A stretch of 64,000 bases of DNA from Vicugna vicugna. Taxonomy: Eukaryota. Shown here one piece after another: positions 35,130 to 45,518 of the stretch; position 1 is the first letter of the stretch; each line of letters begins with the position of its first letter. The notes beneath the pieces were generated by a model that was given only the letters and a program-made list of their open reading frames with translations, did no database searches and was not told the DNA's origin. Both the position numbers and the translations under genes were made by a program. The stretch spans positions 761,915-825,914 of the forward strand of contig MU059972.1 in the NCBI GenBank assembly GCA_013265495.1, in the 5' to 3' direction.

Positions 35130-35695
35130 CAACTGTACTTCAATTAAAAAGCAAACAAACAAACAACCCATTTAAAATATGGGCAGAAAAACTGAAAAGA
35201 CATTTTTCCCAAAGAGGAAATGCAGATGGCCAACAAGGACATGAAAAGCTGCCTGACCTCGCCAGTGTCAGGGAAACGCAGGTCAAACTACAGTGAGACA
35301 CCATCTCACACCTGTCAGGATGGCCATCACCAAAAAGAACACAAATAGCAAATGTTGGCATGGATGTGGAGAAAAGGGAGGCCTTAGACGCCGTTGGTGG
35401 GAATGCAAACTGTGCGACCACCATGGGAAACAATATGGAGGTTTCTCAAAAACCTAAAAACAACCACTATGTGGCCCAGCAACTGCACTCCTGGGCATAT
35501 ACCTGAGAAAGAAAAACATTAATTCAAAAAGACACATACACCCCCCTGTTAACAGCAGCACTGTTCCCAATCAGCAGGACAGGCAGGCATCCTAGAGCAC
35601 ATCTGGACAAGTGACGACACAGAAGGTGCAGCACATACATGGGATGGAGCACGGCTCACCCGCAAAAAAAGGAGGATATTTTGCCATTTGTGGCT
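35130..35695 (+). mobile_element. LINE-1 ORF2 C-terminal fragment (degenerate)
   Basis: agacatttttcccaaagaggaaatgcagatggccaac...ccatctcacacctgtcaggatggcc...ggatgtggagaaaagggag...aaagacacatacacccc are hallmark L1 ORF2 sequences. Confidence 0.9.
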
Positions 35696-35739
35696 CTTCA
35701 TTCACTTTTTTTTTTTTGCAGTTCAAAACCCAGAATTTT

Positions 35740-35935
35740 ATAACAGGCATAAACATTTCCATTGCATCAAAACCAGCAAAATACCCAGAAATAAACTTAA
35801 CCAAGGAGGCTACCTGTACCCTGGAAACTGTGCAACACTGATAAAGGAAATTGAAGATGATACGAAGAAATGGAAAGATGTCTTGTGCTCTTGGATTGGA
35901 AGAATCAACATTATCAAAATAGTTAACATGGCCAC
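35740..35935 (+). mobile_element. LINE-1 ORF2 internal fragment
   Basis: Translates to [27 protein letters not shown], matching L1 ORF2 ([26 protein letters not shown]). Confidence 0.9.
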
Positions 35936-36249
35936 TACTGACAGATGTAACCCACATCGACAAAAGCCCTTAGGGGTCCCCAGTAACTGTTAGAGGTGTA
36001 CGGCCCGTGAGGCAGAGCTGGGGTCCAATTCCAGAGCTCTGCACGGGCAGCAGCCAGTGGGGTAACACACCTTAAACAAGTTAATCAACAGCCCAGGTAG
36101 GCTGGGTGGGAGTGGCACCCCCTCAGAGTCTGGACAGGCAGGGAGCAGGCAGGGCAGCTCTGGGAAGCACAGTGGGGTCCAGCTTGCCGGGGCCCCTGGA
36201 GCTGTGGCAGTGAGGGTGATGTGCTGACGGGAGAGGGTGCACACGTCAT

Positions 36250-36420
36250 CGTGGTCTCATAAGTGCACTGGAGGCCTTATGCGGGCAGTATTTTGAAAGG
36301 CTCCTGGCTGGGACGGAAGTCGGGGTGGAAATGGAGACGGGGAGAGGCTGCTGCAAGCACTCGGGAAAACCCTACGGCTTTGGATTTTTGGGGTGGTGGG
36401 TGGGCCCAGGAGCAGGTCAG
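36250..36420 (-). mobile_element. L2 LINE fragment
   Basis: ttttgaaaggctcctggctgg...ggagacggggagaggctgctgcaagcactcgggaaaa...tggatttttggggtggtgg resembles the L2 reverse complement. Confidence 0.5.
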
Positions 36421-39400
36421 ATGCTGGCTCTTCCGTGGGCCTGCGTGTGTGGCTGTGGGCATGTGGCCCCATTGCCCACGAGGACGTCCTGTGGGCCCAT
36501 GGGGCCAGCCTGCAGGGTGCTGTCTCGAGGGCAGTGCTCAGGGAGCAAGAAGCGATTGGTTGGTAGTCGTGGGGCAGAGCTGGTGTGTCCGACCAGACAG
36601 GGAAGGCCCAGCCCAGGACTTTGGGGTCGAAGGGAGGGATGGTGCAGCCAGGGCAAGAGGACTCGGGGTTCCGCAAACGAGTCTGAACTTCCTCTGAGGC
36701 TGGCAGGGCGTGAGCGGCCAGCACATTGACAGTAGACCCGTCGGTTGCTGTGTGGAGGCTGGTGTGGGGCCCAAGACCAGGAAGAGGCCGGGGCAGCCCC
36801 GCTGCTGAGAGCCCGGCATGGGAAGGGGGCAGGGTGGGCACGCCCCAGCAGGGCCGTCAGCCGACCCGCACAGCTGAGAGGGACTGGCTCCTTCTCGCCC
36901 TGTGTCAGGTGGCCTGTGGTGACCGGGAAGGGGGGGCACAGGGGCCCCCTGCCCAGGCCTGTGAGGGGTGCAGCCAGCAAGGCAAGCCCAGGAAGGCGGC
37001 CTGAGGAGAGAACCGTCCACTCGTCCGCCCCCAGCCCGACCTGGAGCCTCTGGAGGGAGCTCTGTGCACACCGGCGGCAGTGTGAGCGAGACCCCCGCGC
37101 TCCCTGCCCGCCGAGAGCCTGTGCAGCGCGTGCTGGGGGGAAGGGGACGGAGGCGGCCTTTCTGCACAACACAGCTGCGGCTGGCTTTGCCCCGCGTGGT
37201 GAGGGTCAGTTCTCCGAGCCCTCTGTCCTGTATCCAGGGGGTACTGGGCTGGTTTCTTTCTGCACTGGGACCAGGACACCTCCGTGGACAGTAGGTCCAC
37301 AACCTAGACGCTGAGGTAGTGCAGGAGGCCCGCGGCTCGCAGACAGTGGGCGCTCTGCTGCCGAGCACTCCTCTCAGCCCCCTGCGACTCGGCCAGAATT
37401 AAAGACCGGCCTGGTGCCAAGGCCGGTGCATCGGGTGTGGAGGCTTGGAGTAACTGAGACGGCCTCCCAGTGAGTGGCGGGTGTCCTGCCGTCAGCATGC
37501 CTGCGGGGAGTGGGCGAGGGGCCTGGGGAGCGAGACGGGACGGAGGAGCCGGGGGAAGACGTGTCTCTGTGGGAAGCTGCGGCTCAGTTGCACACGGCTG
37601 TCCCCCCAGATCCGAGGAGATCGCATCTCAGGGCTGCCCAGGGGAGAAAGGAGAAGCTTATCCACCAGCTCCCACAGGTCAGAGGTCAGCTACAGTTCCT
37701 CTGCATTGTGCACAGGTGGGCACCGTCAGCGTCGGGGACCGCAGGCCCTCCTGTCTCCCATGTCTGCCCCTGGCCGGAGTCCCAGGCTGGAGAGGATGCC
37801 TCCCACCGGCTCTCCAGCCAGCGCTCTGCTCTCCAGAGCCACCTGCTGCCCACCTGCCCACTGTCACTTGGGGCCGGCAAGGGGTGCTCTCCTCCCTTCC
37901 CTGGGCAGCCCCGGGGCCGGTGGTCCGTACCACCCCAGCGATAGCGAGAAAACCAGTCAGAGTGCCAGGACAGACTGCCAGCGGGAACCCGAGAGGCACT
38001 TAGGCTGGAGGTGGTGGGGGGATCCATGCGTCAAACCTCCATCCCAGAGCGCCTGCAAGTGAGGACGGCGCGGGATGTGCCTGGCATCCGCTCCCCTGGC
38101 GGTGTGGGTGGAGAAGGGGCCAGGTCGGGGGCAGCCAAGGCCACACACAGGCCAGGCACTTGGCTCTCAGCCTGACCAGGCCCCTGGGAGAGCCAGCCTC
38201 TGCGGTGGGCCCAGATGCGGGGGCGCGGTGAGTCAGCATGGCTGGGGGAGGCCAGTGAGCACCCAGAGGGCTGGAGAGCAGGCGGGCCTTGGCCCGAGGC
38301 CTGGTCCTCCTCTGCTCCCCCCGTGATGCCGGCCTTGTCCTCCCCTTGTTCCTTCAGAGTGCTGCTGGGGCAATGAGATCTCAGAATTTTCCCTGACATC
38401 CAGAGTGAGGCACAGTTAGTGTGAGAAACCATCTCCTCCCCCCAGCGCCTTGCTCTGTGTGGCCTGTGGACCCCTGGGAGAAGGGATCCCCTGCATGGGA
38501 GGCCCCGGGAGTACCTGAAGCCAGCCTGGGCCTCCCTGTTGCAAGGGCCACCCTGCCCACCCTCGCCCTGGCGTCCCAGGACCTGGCGGACCCTGGGCGA
38601 GTGGGCCTGGACTGCCCTTGGGCCTGGCATCCCCTTCTCTGAGCTGTTTCCCCACGTGTTACAAATCCTTTTGTGTCACTGATCTCTAAGACCACTGGTG
38701 CCCCCAGGTCCTAATCAATGAGGAGGTGGTGGCCGGCTCACTCGGGCCTCACGTCCCGTCACACGTGCCGGGCACCAGCCTAGGGGTGAGCGAGCCCGTC
38801 CCACCCTGAAGATGCCCAGTGGGAGGGGACGCCCCCCTCAACTCTCGCCAGACAAGGAGTCTCTCCACGTTTCCACCCAACGTTAGCCTGTCTCCTCTGT
38901 TCCTTCATTCACTTGCTCGGTGGAAGTTTGGTGCTAGACATAACCCTGAAAACTGATGGTAGAAATGATCTCAGCTCACAGGCAGGGCCAGGCCTCCACT
39001 CTCGGACCCAGCCTCTGCTCGCGACAGCCCTTCCTGCCCCCGTCCCCACTGCTGCTGCACAGTCCGCCTCACTGCCTTCCCAGGTGGAGATGCAGAGGCA
39101 CCAGATGCTGGCGTGAGCCCGGCTGCAGAGGGCTGGGCAGAGCCGTCAGTCTCAGCTGAGTGAGAGCCTGTCACCCCCACCCTACCGGTCCCGCTAGCCT
39201 GTCAGCCACGGAGGACACAGCAGCTGGTCCACAGGGACTATCAGCTCCACTCGAGTTCGGCCGGCCCTTCCATCAACTGTCCAGCTGGAGTGTGGTTTTA
39301 CTGCCGAGCTGAGGCTAGGGAAACCGCTGACTCACTTCTAACAGTCGGCTTCACGTGGAGAACACCAGCCACCCATCTGGCCACCTCTCCCCACAGCTCC

Positions 39401-40039
39401 ACCAGCGGGTATGGGTTTGGTGCCCATGCGTTCCTGGTGGCAGCCTGGGAAGGGCTCCCAGCCGCGGGCACCTGCGGCATGTTCCCCAGTAGTAGGTTCC
39501 AATTCCCAGCCTCCCCACTCAGCCAGGGCCAGCAGGCAGGTTCCGGACCAAATTGGAGCCATGGATGCAGAACCAGGAGCCACCGCTGACCCTGGTTGGT
39601 CACGTCCTGAGCAGGGTCAGAGCCAAATGCCGGGCCTTCTCGCAGCCAGGAAGCAGCCATTCGGCCAATTCCAGGTGGGCAGGGGCCAGGAGGGGACGGT
39701 TACTTGAGGCCAGTTCTGTGGCTCCCATGGGACACGGCCCCCAGAAGCAGCCAGGCCCGTCCGCCGGGATCCGCTGGCAGAAGCAGGATTTTGGGGTGTG
39801 CTCCTCTGGACCGACTCCTGGTCTTGTTTCCAGGGCAGGAGGGCTGTGGAGACTCAGTGGGAACACACTTGGGGAAACTGAATAATAACCCCCAGTCTCA
39901 TCAAGTCTCTGGCTGGGAGTCAGGAAAACGATGTTCAGAAGAAACAGAGAACGTGGTTGCCTCTGGGAGGCTCCCAGTGGGAGGAAGATAGCGTGTGGGC
40001 TGCTGGAAAGTCTTCTCACTATGTGCGTACCTCCCATGG

Positions 40040-40460
40040 TAGTTGTTTATAGTGGTAAAAGTCCATGATATAAAAGTGATTCTTTCAAGTGTGCGCCTCA
40101 GCGGCATGAAGTAGGTGTGTTATTATGTCACCATCGCCACTGTTCCCTGCATCTTCTCATCATCCTGATAAGAAGCTGTGCGCCTGTTAAATAATTACTC
40201 CCCATTCCCACCTCGCTCGGCCCCTGGGAACCTGTAATCTAGCTTCTGAAACATCTGTCTCTCCCAGATGTTTCGTGTGAGTGGAATTGTACAAAACGTG
40301 TCCGTTTGTGTCTGACTTCTTTCCCTTGGCAGAATGTTCCCAGGCTTCACCCGCTTGGAGCAGCATGAGGACCTCCCTTTTTATGGCTGAATAGTGTTCC
40401 ATCGTGTGGACGGCCCACATTTAGTTTATCCGTTCACCTGTTCACAGGCACTTGTGTTGT
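40040..40460 (-). mobile_element. L1MB-like 3' fragment
   Basis: Minus ORF MWAVHTMEHYSAIKREVL resembles the L1 ORF2 end (MWYIHTMEYYSAIKRNE), followed by 3'UTR-like sequence. Confidence 0.85.
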
Positions 40461-40879
40461 TTCCTCTTTACTATGTGAGTTTAGAGACAGGTAGCGATGG
40501 TCGTGTAGCCCTTGGGGAAGAGGTAAAGTACCCTCTGATGCCACTCCTGCCCTGGCCTTTCTGGCTCCCTGAGGGACCTCACCCCTCTTGCTCTTCAAGA
40601 CTCGAGTACCACTTCAGTCAACAAGTGCAGGAGGGGCCCGAGTTGCAGGGTGGTGGGACAGAGATGGCTTTGGGCTTGGAATCAAGAAAATTGGGCACTG
40701 GGCCTGACTAGTCCTTTGGCAAACGACTTCCCCTCTTGGCCCATGTGTCCTGGTCTGCAAAGGATTAGACACGTGTTACTCAACAGGCAGATTCCCGCCT
40801 CCCCCCCGCCCCAGCCCCCGCCCCTTGCTTGGCAAGTCTGCAGGTCAGGAAGTTCTGCTGCTGAAAATCTGTCCCCACA

Positions 40880-41300
40880 TGTGCTCATTTAAAATTTATT
40901 TTGTGAATCGGTGACACATGCACATGGTGAAAAATCAAACACAAAGGGCGTTTCAAAGATGTTTAAATAAAAATAAGTTTAAAAATAAAAATAAAAAGGG
41001 CATTTCAGTGATCATTAGGTTTCCCTCCCATCGGACAGTGCAGCCGCACCCTGCTGGCCCGGCCACACCTGTGTGCCCCCCAGAGATGCGGTGTCTGTGC
41101 GGAGGAGGGCGAGCCTCTGCTTCCCGCAGTTGTAATACTGTGTCTTAGAGATTGTTCCTTATTGCTGCACGGATTGTTGCTTGAATCTAACCGCTTTGAA
41201 GTCCTCCGCTGCAGGATACGCTGTGATTTATGTAACGGCTCCCGGATTGGCCACAACAGTCTTTCCCATCTTTTGCTGCTCACAATTCTTGGACACATAC
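40880..41300 (-). mobile_element. Old L1M (L1ME-like) fragment
   Basis: AT-rich; ttgttccttattgctgca...tgtgatttatgtaac...ttcccatcttttgctgctcacaat resembles the L1ME reverse complement. Confidence 0.5.
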
Positions 41301-41829
41301 TATCTGCTCCTTCCCCGGCCCACCTGCAGGACAAATTCTGTGTTCTGGAGCCAGACTGGAGGGTGGGAGGCTCTGTGAGTCAGGTCCTTGTTGCTGCGGT
41401 GGGTCTGGGGGCTGTGGGCCTGCCTGCCTGGGGCTCTCCTCCCCTTGGACTCACTCTCTGAGTCCTCCTGCCTCCCCCCTCCCCAGACTTTGCTCTTGCG
41501 AGAGTCCTTGTAAGGACTTAGCTTAAGGGAGTGGTTTTTAAACTGTTTGCGGTCTTTGCATGTAAACCCTTTGAGCAAACAAGGCCCTGTGCAGGTGGAC
41601 GTCAGTGTCCCGAGAGGGGCTCCAGCTGACCCCTGGTCACCCCGAGGGCAGGCCAGGCAGAGGACAGGGCGAGGGGAGCCCTAACCCTGATGCCTCCCAC
41701 CGCTGGCATTCTGGGTGAGCGCCCCTCACCCCGCCTCTCTAGCCCACAGCCCAGGTAAGAATGATGATGGGGGTAACCAAGGGGACTGATGGTAACCCCT
41801 CAAGGATGCGTGTTACTTCACGTCAACTT

Positions 41830-41925
41830 TTACACAGTCTCCTCTTAAATCCTCACAATTCTGCAGCTGGGCACCCACCCCATCCCATAGATGCCCCTGA
41901 GGCACCAAGAGGAGACTTGCCTCCT
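41830..41925 (-). mobile_element. MIR fragment
   Basis: ttaaatcctcacaat...cccatagatgcccctgaggcac resembles the MIR reverse core. Confidence 0.5.
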
Positions 41926-43435
41926 GGGGCATGAGGCCAGCAGCCAGTGGAGCTGCTGGGGGATATCCTTCTGGCACCTCTGTTGACCCTGGCACTGCTC
42001 AGAGACCCTGGCTGCAGTCCTTGCCAAGGGACGGCTGCAGGTGGCTAGATTTGGGCCTGAACTTGAGGGTGGTTCCAGCCATCTCTGCAAGAGGCTGAGA
42101 ACATGCCGTATTTACAGGTGGGTCCTGGAACTCTCAGTTAGCTAGACCGCACGTCCGTAGCTCTGACCTTGGGGAGGACCCTAAGGCTACAAGTCTCAAG
42201 GGGTCTAGAAAAAGTCCAGGATCAGACATGACTCTGGCCGGGAGTTAAGACAGGAACGAGCAGGCAGAAGGAGAGGCGGGTAGAAAACCAATTAGCATTT
42301 AAACACCAGACTTCAGGGAAGTCAGCGTTGTGGGAGGGTCAGGGGCTGTGTTGGAGCTGGCATCCTCAGCCCGCCTGGAGCCGGGCAGTGCGGGCTGCAG
42401 ACTCTCGGGGTCCCCCGCACCCACCAGGCTCCTCAGTCCCTCACCCAGGACTGAGCCCAGGCACCCTGGTGGGCTCTGCCTCTAACACTGTGTGACCCTC
42501 TCCCTTTCTTCTTTCCCAACCCAACTCAAGGGTGGTGAAGGACAGCCTAGGGGGCTTGGGGGAAGTGCCCAGCACAGCCTGGGCTCAGACCCTGCCCTGT
42601 CCGCCCCAGGGCAGTTGTCACTTCCCTCCTACAGCAACATGATGAAGGCAGAGCCGGGGGTGGTGGCGGGCGCGAGTGGAAGCGGCCCCCAGCCCCCGGC
42701 GGACTTCGCGGGGCCTCCCACCTGATCCACCGCTCCGCGGTGGCCCTGGCCCTGAGCGCGGGGCCTCCGAGCCACCCCGTGGTCCCCAGGGGGCGCTGCG
42801 GGCTCACGTCCGCGGGAGCGAAGCCTCAGCCGCTCCTGCCACGCGGGGCGCAGTTGCGCGTGGGGTGCTGCCCGGGAAAGCCCGGCCTTTAACGAGCGCT
42901 CCAGCGGGATCCGCCGGCGGAGAAGTGGCGCCTGCCCGTCCCCACGCGACGCGGAGCTGCAGCGCCTAGGCTGTTGAGACCCGGGGTCTTCCCGGGGCGT
43001 GCGCCGCACGGCGGTGTCGAGTCCCTGCCGACCGGCCGCGTCCAGGAGGGCCGGGGGCAGCGCGCGCCGCGTGGAGCCGCGGAGGGCGCGCCGGAGTGCG
43101 CAGGGCCGTCGGGGAGGCGCGGAGGCGGGCACGCCGGGAGGGCGGGGGGCCGAGCCTATAAAGGCCCGCGGGCGGGCCGAGGGAGTAGGGAGTCGCCGAG
43201 CCGCGTCCGGCCCAGCTCGGCCTCCGCAAGGAGCCCAGAGCCGCGCGCTGCGCTCCGCCGCGGGGCAGGACTCCCACCGGGGCGAGCGCAGGCCTCGGCC
43301 GTCGGCACCTGCGGGGCACGGCGGGCACCGGCCGTAGGAGCAGGAGCAGGAGGGCGCGGAGGCGCTCCCGTCCCCGCCGACCAGCCGGGCCCTGGCCGCG
43401 GCGCGCGGCACGTGCGGCGACCCGCCCTGTGCGCC

Positions 43436-43474
43436 ATGGCGCGCGGGCCCCGGATCCCCCGCGCCGCCCCTTAG
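43436..43474 (+). other. Upstream ORF (MARGPRIPRAAP*) in the PIEZO1 5' leader
   Basis: gccATGg context; 12 codons plus TAG; ends 49 nt before the main ATG. Confidence 0.6.
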
Positions 43475-43523
43475 CGCCGCGGAGGCCGAGCGACCCCGGG
43501 CCGGCCCCGCGGGCCCCTCGGGC

Positions 43524-43587
43524 ATGGAGCCGCACGTGCTCGGCGCCGTCCTCTACTGGCTGCTGCTGCCCTTCGCGCTTCTGGCCG
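43524..43587 (+). CDS. PIEZO1: Piezo-type mechanosensitive channel component 1, coding exon 1 (intron 1 runs past the window end)
   Basis: MEPHVLGAVLYWLLLPFALLA+G|gtgagt, 64 nt; matches the recalled PIEZO1 N-terminus and synteny next to CDT1. Confidence 0.96.
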
Positions 43588-45449
43588 GTGAGTCGGGCGG
43601 GCGCGGCGGGCGCCGTGCTGGGACAAGGTCTGCGTCCCTGCTCGCAGCCTTCCGGCCCCGCCGCCCAGTGAGGCTGGCCGGGGCTAGGACCGTGCGCGGG
43701 CGGGCGCGGAGACTCCCCGGGACGCGCGGCCCTGGGCGCCCGCATTCCAGAAGCATGAGAGCGCCGGGGAGGCCGGGCCCGTCCGAGCGCCAGGCTGGGA
43801 GGGCGGCGGCGGGGCGGCGGGCAGATGGCACCCGGGTGCCCACGGGGGCGGGCAGCCAGCGCCCCCAGAGAGGGCGGTTAGGGCCTCCGCCCGGGGCGCT
43901 GGGCGTAGGGGCACGGGGGTGGGGTACGGTGCTGGCCCCTCTGGGAGGGGCTGGAGCGCTGGTGAAGGGGGCACGAATCTCTTTTTCTCTTTCGTATTAA
44001 AAAAAAAATTTCAAACTTGCATCATGACTTCCTGACCAATCTGGGAGAAGGCGGTCTTCCTGCCTGGAGCTGTTTAATCTGGAGCCTCCGGAGCAGAACT
44101 AACGTCGTGCCCTGGGCTCGGCCCCCCTCACCCTTCCCCTTCCCGTCCCCACCCCGTGCGCGACTAGGGAAGGCCCGTGCTCTGGAAAAAAATAGTTTGT
44201 GTTCCTCCCTGCCCTTCCTGGTGCCCTGGCTTACTCCGTTGAGCTCTAGTGCTGTGGGAGGGGCCCGCTGGGCTGGGGGTGGGAATGCCCCCCCAGAAGG
44301 CTCTGGCATCGAGATATGAGGGTCCCCAACCTTGACATCAGTGCCCGCTGCCTGCCATACCTTCGGTGCCCCTTCCCGAAAGCACGTTGCTTGGTTCTTG
44401 TGCCTGGCGGCCCCTCCCCTCTTTGGACACCCCTTCTGGCCTCCCTGTGCCCAGGGCGGGGTGCGGGAGACTCATTCCACCCTTCACATGCCGGCCCTCA
44501 GCCCTCACCTCCACTGGGCTGTCTCTACTGGGTGTGAGCTGGAAAGTGGTCTGATTGGATTAATTCACGGAAACGTGGAATGGTTTGCATTGTGAGTCTG
44601 CCTGTGGATGGAGGTCTTCCGGACCTCAGTGGGTGGAGGTGTTTTTATTTTTAAAACCTTTCCAGAGCTCCTTCAGTCACTCCAGGTGGGCTCTGCCAAC
44701 TTCTGTGAAAGGTAGGAGCAGGCTCCAGAGGCCAGGGGACCCAGAGCAGCCTGCTCCCAGACAGTGTTTTGATTTGTAGCAGAGAAAGGTGGTGAAACTT
44801 GGGGAAATTTTCAGGACAGGAATCAATGAAAACCATTGAGGTCGGGGAGGAGGGTCTGAGTCAGCCTTGGTGTGGACAGAGCGGCCTGGGATGTGCTCAG
44901 GGATGCGTGGTGTCTCTGGAAAACAGACGTTACAGACAAGCCGAACAGACCCAGCGGGAGGCGGTTGGGCTTGGAAGCTCCTGGTGAGCGTCTCAGAGGT
45001 GCAGGTTCGCTTCTGAGGGCCCCGCAGCACACCTGCGGCCACTTGGCCTCTGAAGACCGGCAGGGAATTGTTAGGCCTGCCCGGGTGGGGCTCCCTCCGG
45101 AGGGCCGCCCTCCCCCAGCGGCGTGGCTTCCTGGGGCAGGGTCGGCAGGCTTTTCCTGCGATGGTCTGCGGAGTAAATATTTTCACATCATGAACTCTTC
45201 TGATATTTTTCCCGACTGTTAAAAACTGTAACCGCCACTCCTACCTTGTGGGCTGTGCCAGAACTAGTGGCCGGGCTGGGGTTTGCTGCTTGTGAGAATT
45301 AGCCTGGGTTCTCGGGCTCCTGGCTGCCACCCAGGTGGGTGACGGGGGTGGCCCTCTGCTTCTCCGGTCGCAGCGGCGGGCTGGCTCCGGGCTCCCCCCT
45401 GCACCATGCTGGAGTCAGCTGGGAGTTTCGCACATGCTGATGACTGATT

Positions 45450-45518
45450 CTTTGTGTGCTTTACTCAGTTAAACTTAAAACTGCCCCCCAAATAAAGTCT
45501 ATTAATTAAAAAAAAAAA
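45450..45518 (+). mobile_element. Short L1M 3' tail with AATAAA and A-run
   Basis: aaactgccccccaaataaagtctattaattaaaaaaaaaa resembles the L1M terminus also seen near 35000. Confidence 0.55.

Larger units (their letters stand above)
34600..36030 (+). mobile_element. hAT-Charlie (Charlie1-like) DNA transposon fossil interrupted by L1 inserts
   Basis: The ORF ending at 34844 finishes ...VRFHVSPVHPDFKEARTVKEHHSSH, like the recalled Charlie1 transposase end (MRIQLSSIKPDIKEICKNVKQCHSSH); terminal-region sequence aacccacatcgacaaaagcccttaggggtcccc resumes near 35950. Confidence 0.6.
42600..43950. promoter_or_regulatory. PIEZO1 CpG island promoter with TATA-like box
   Basis: Dense CpG, GC boxes, TATAAAG at 43157-43163. 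Confidence 0.88.
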
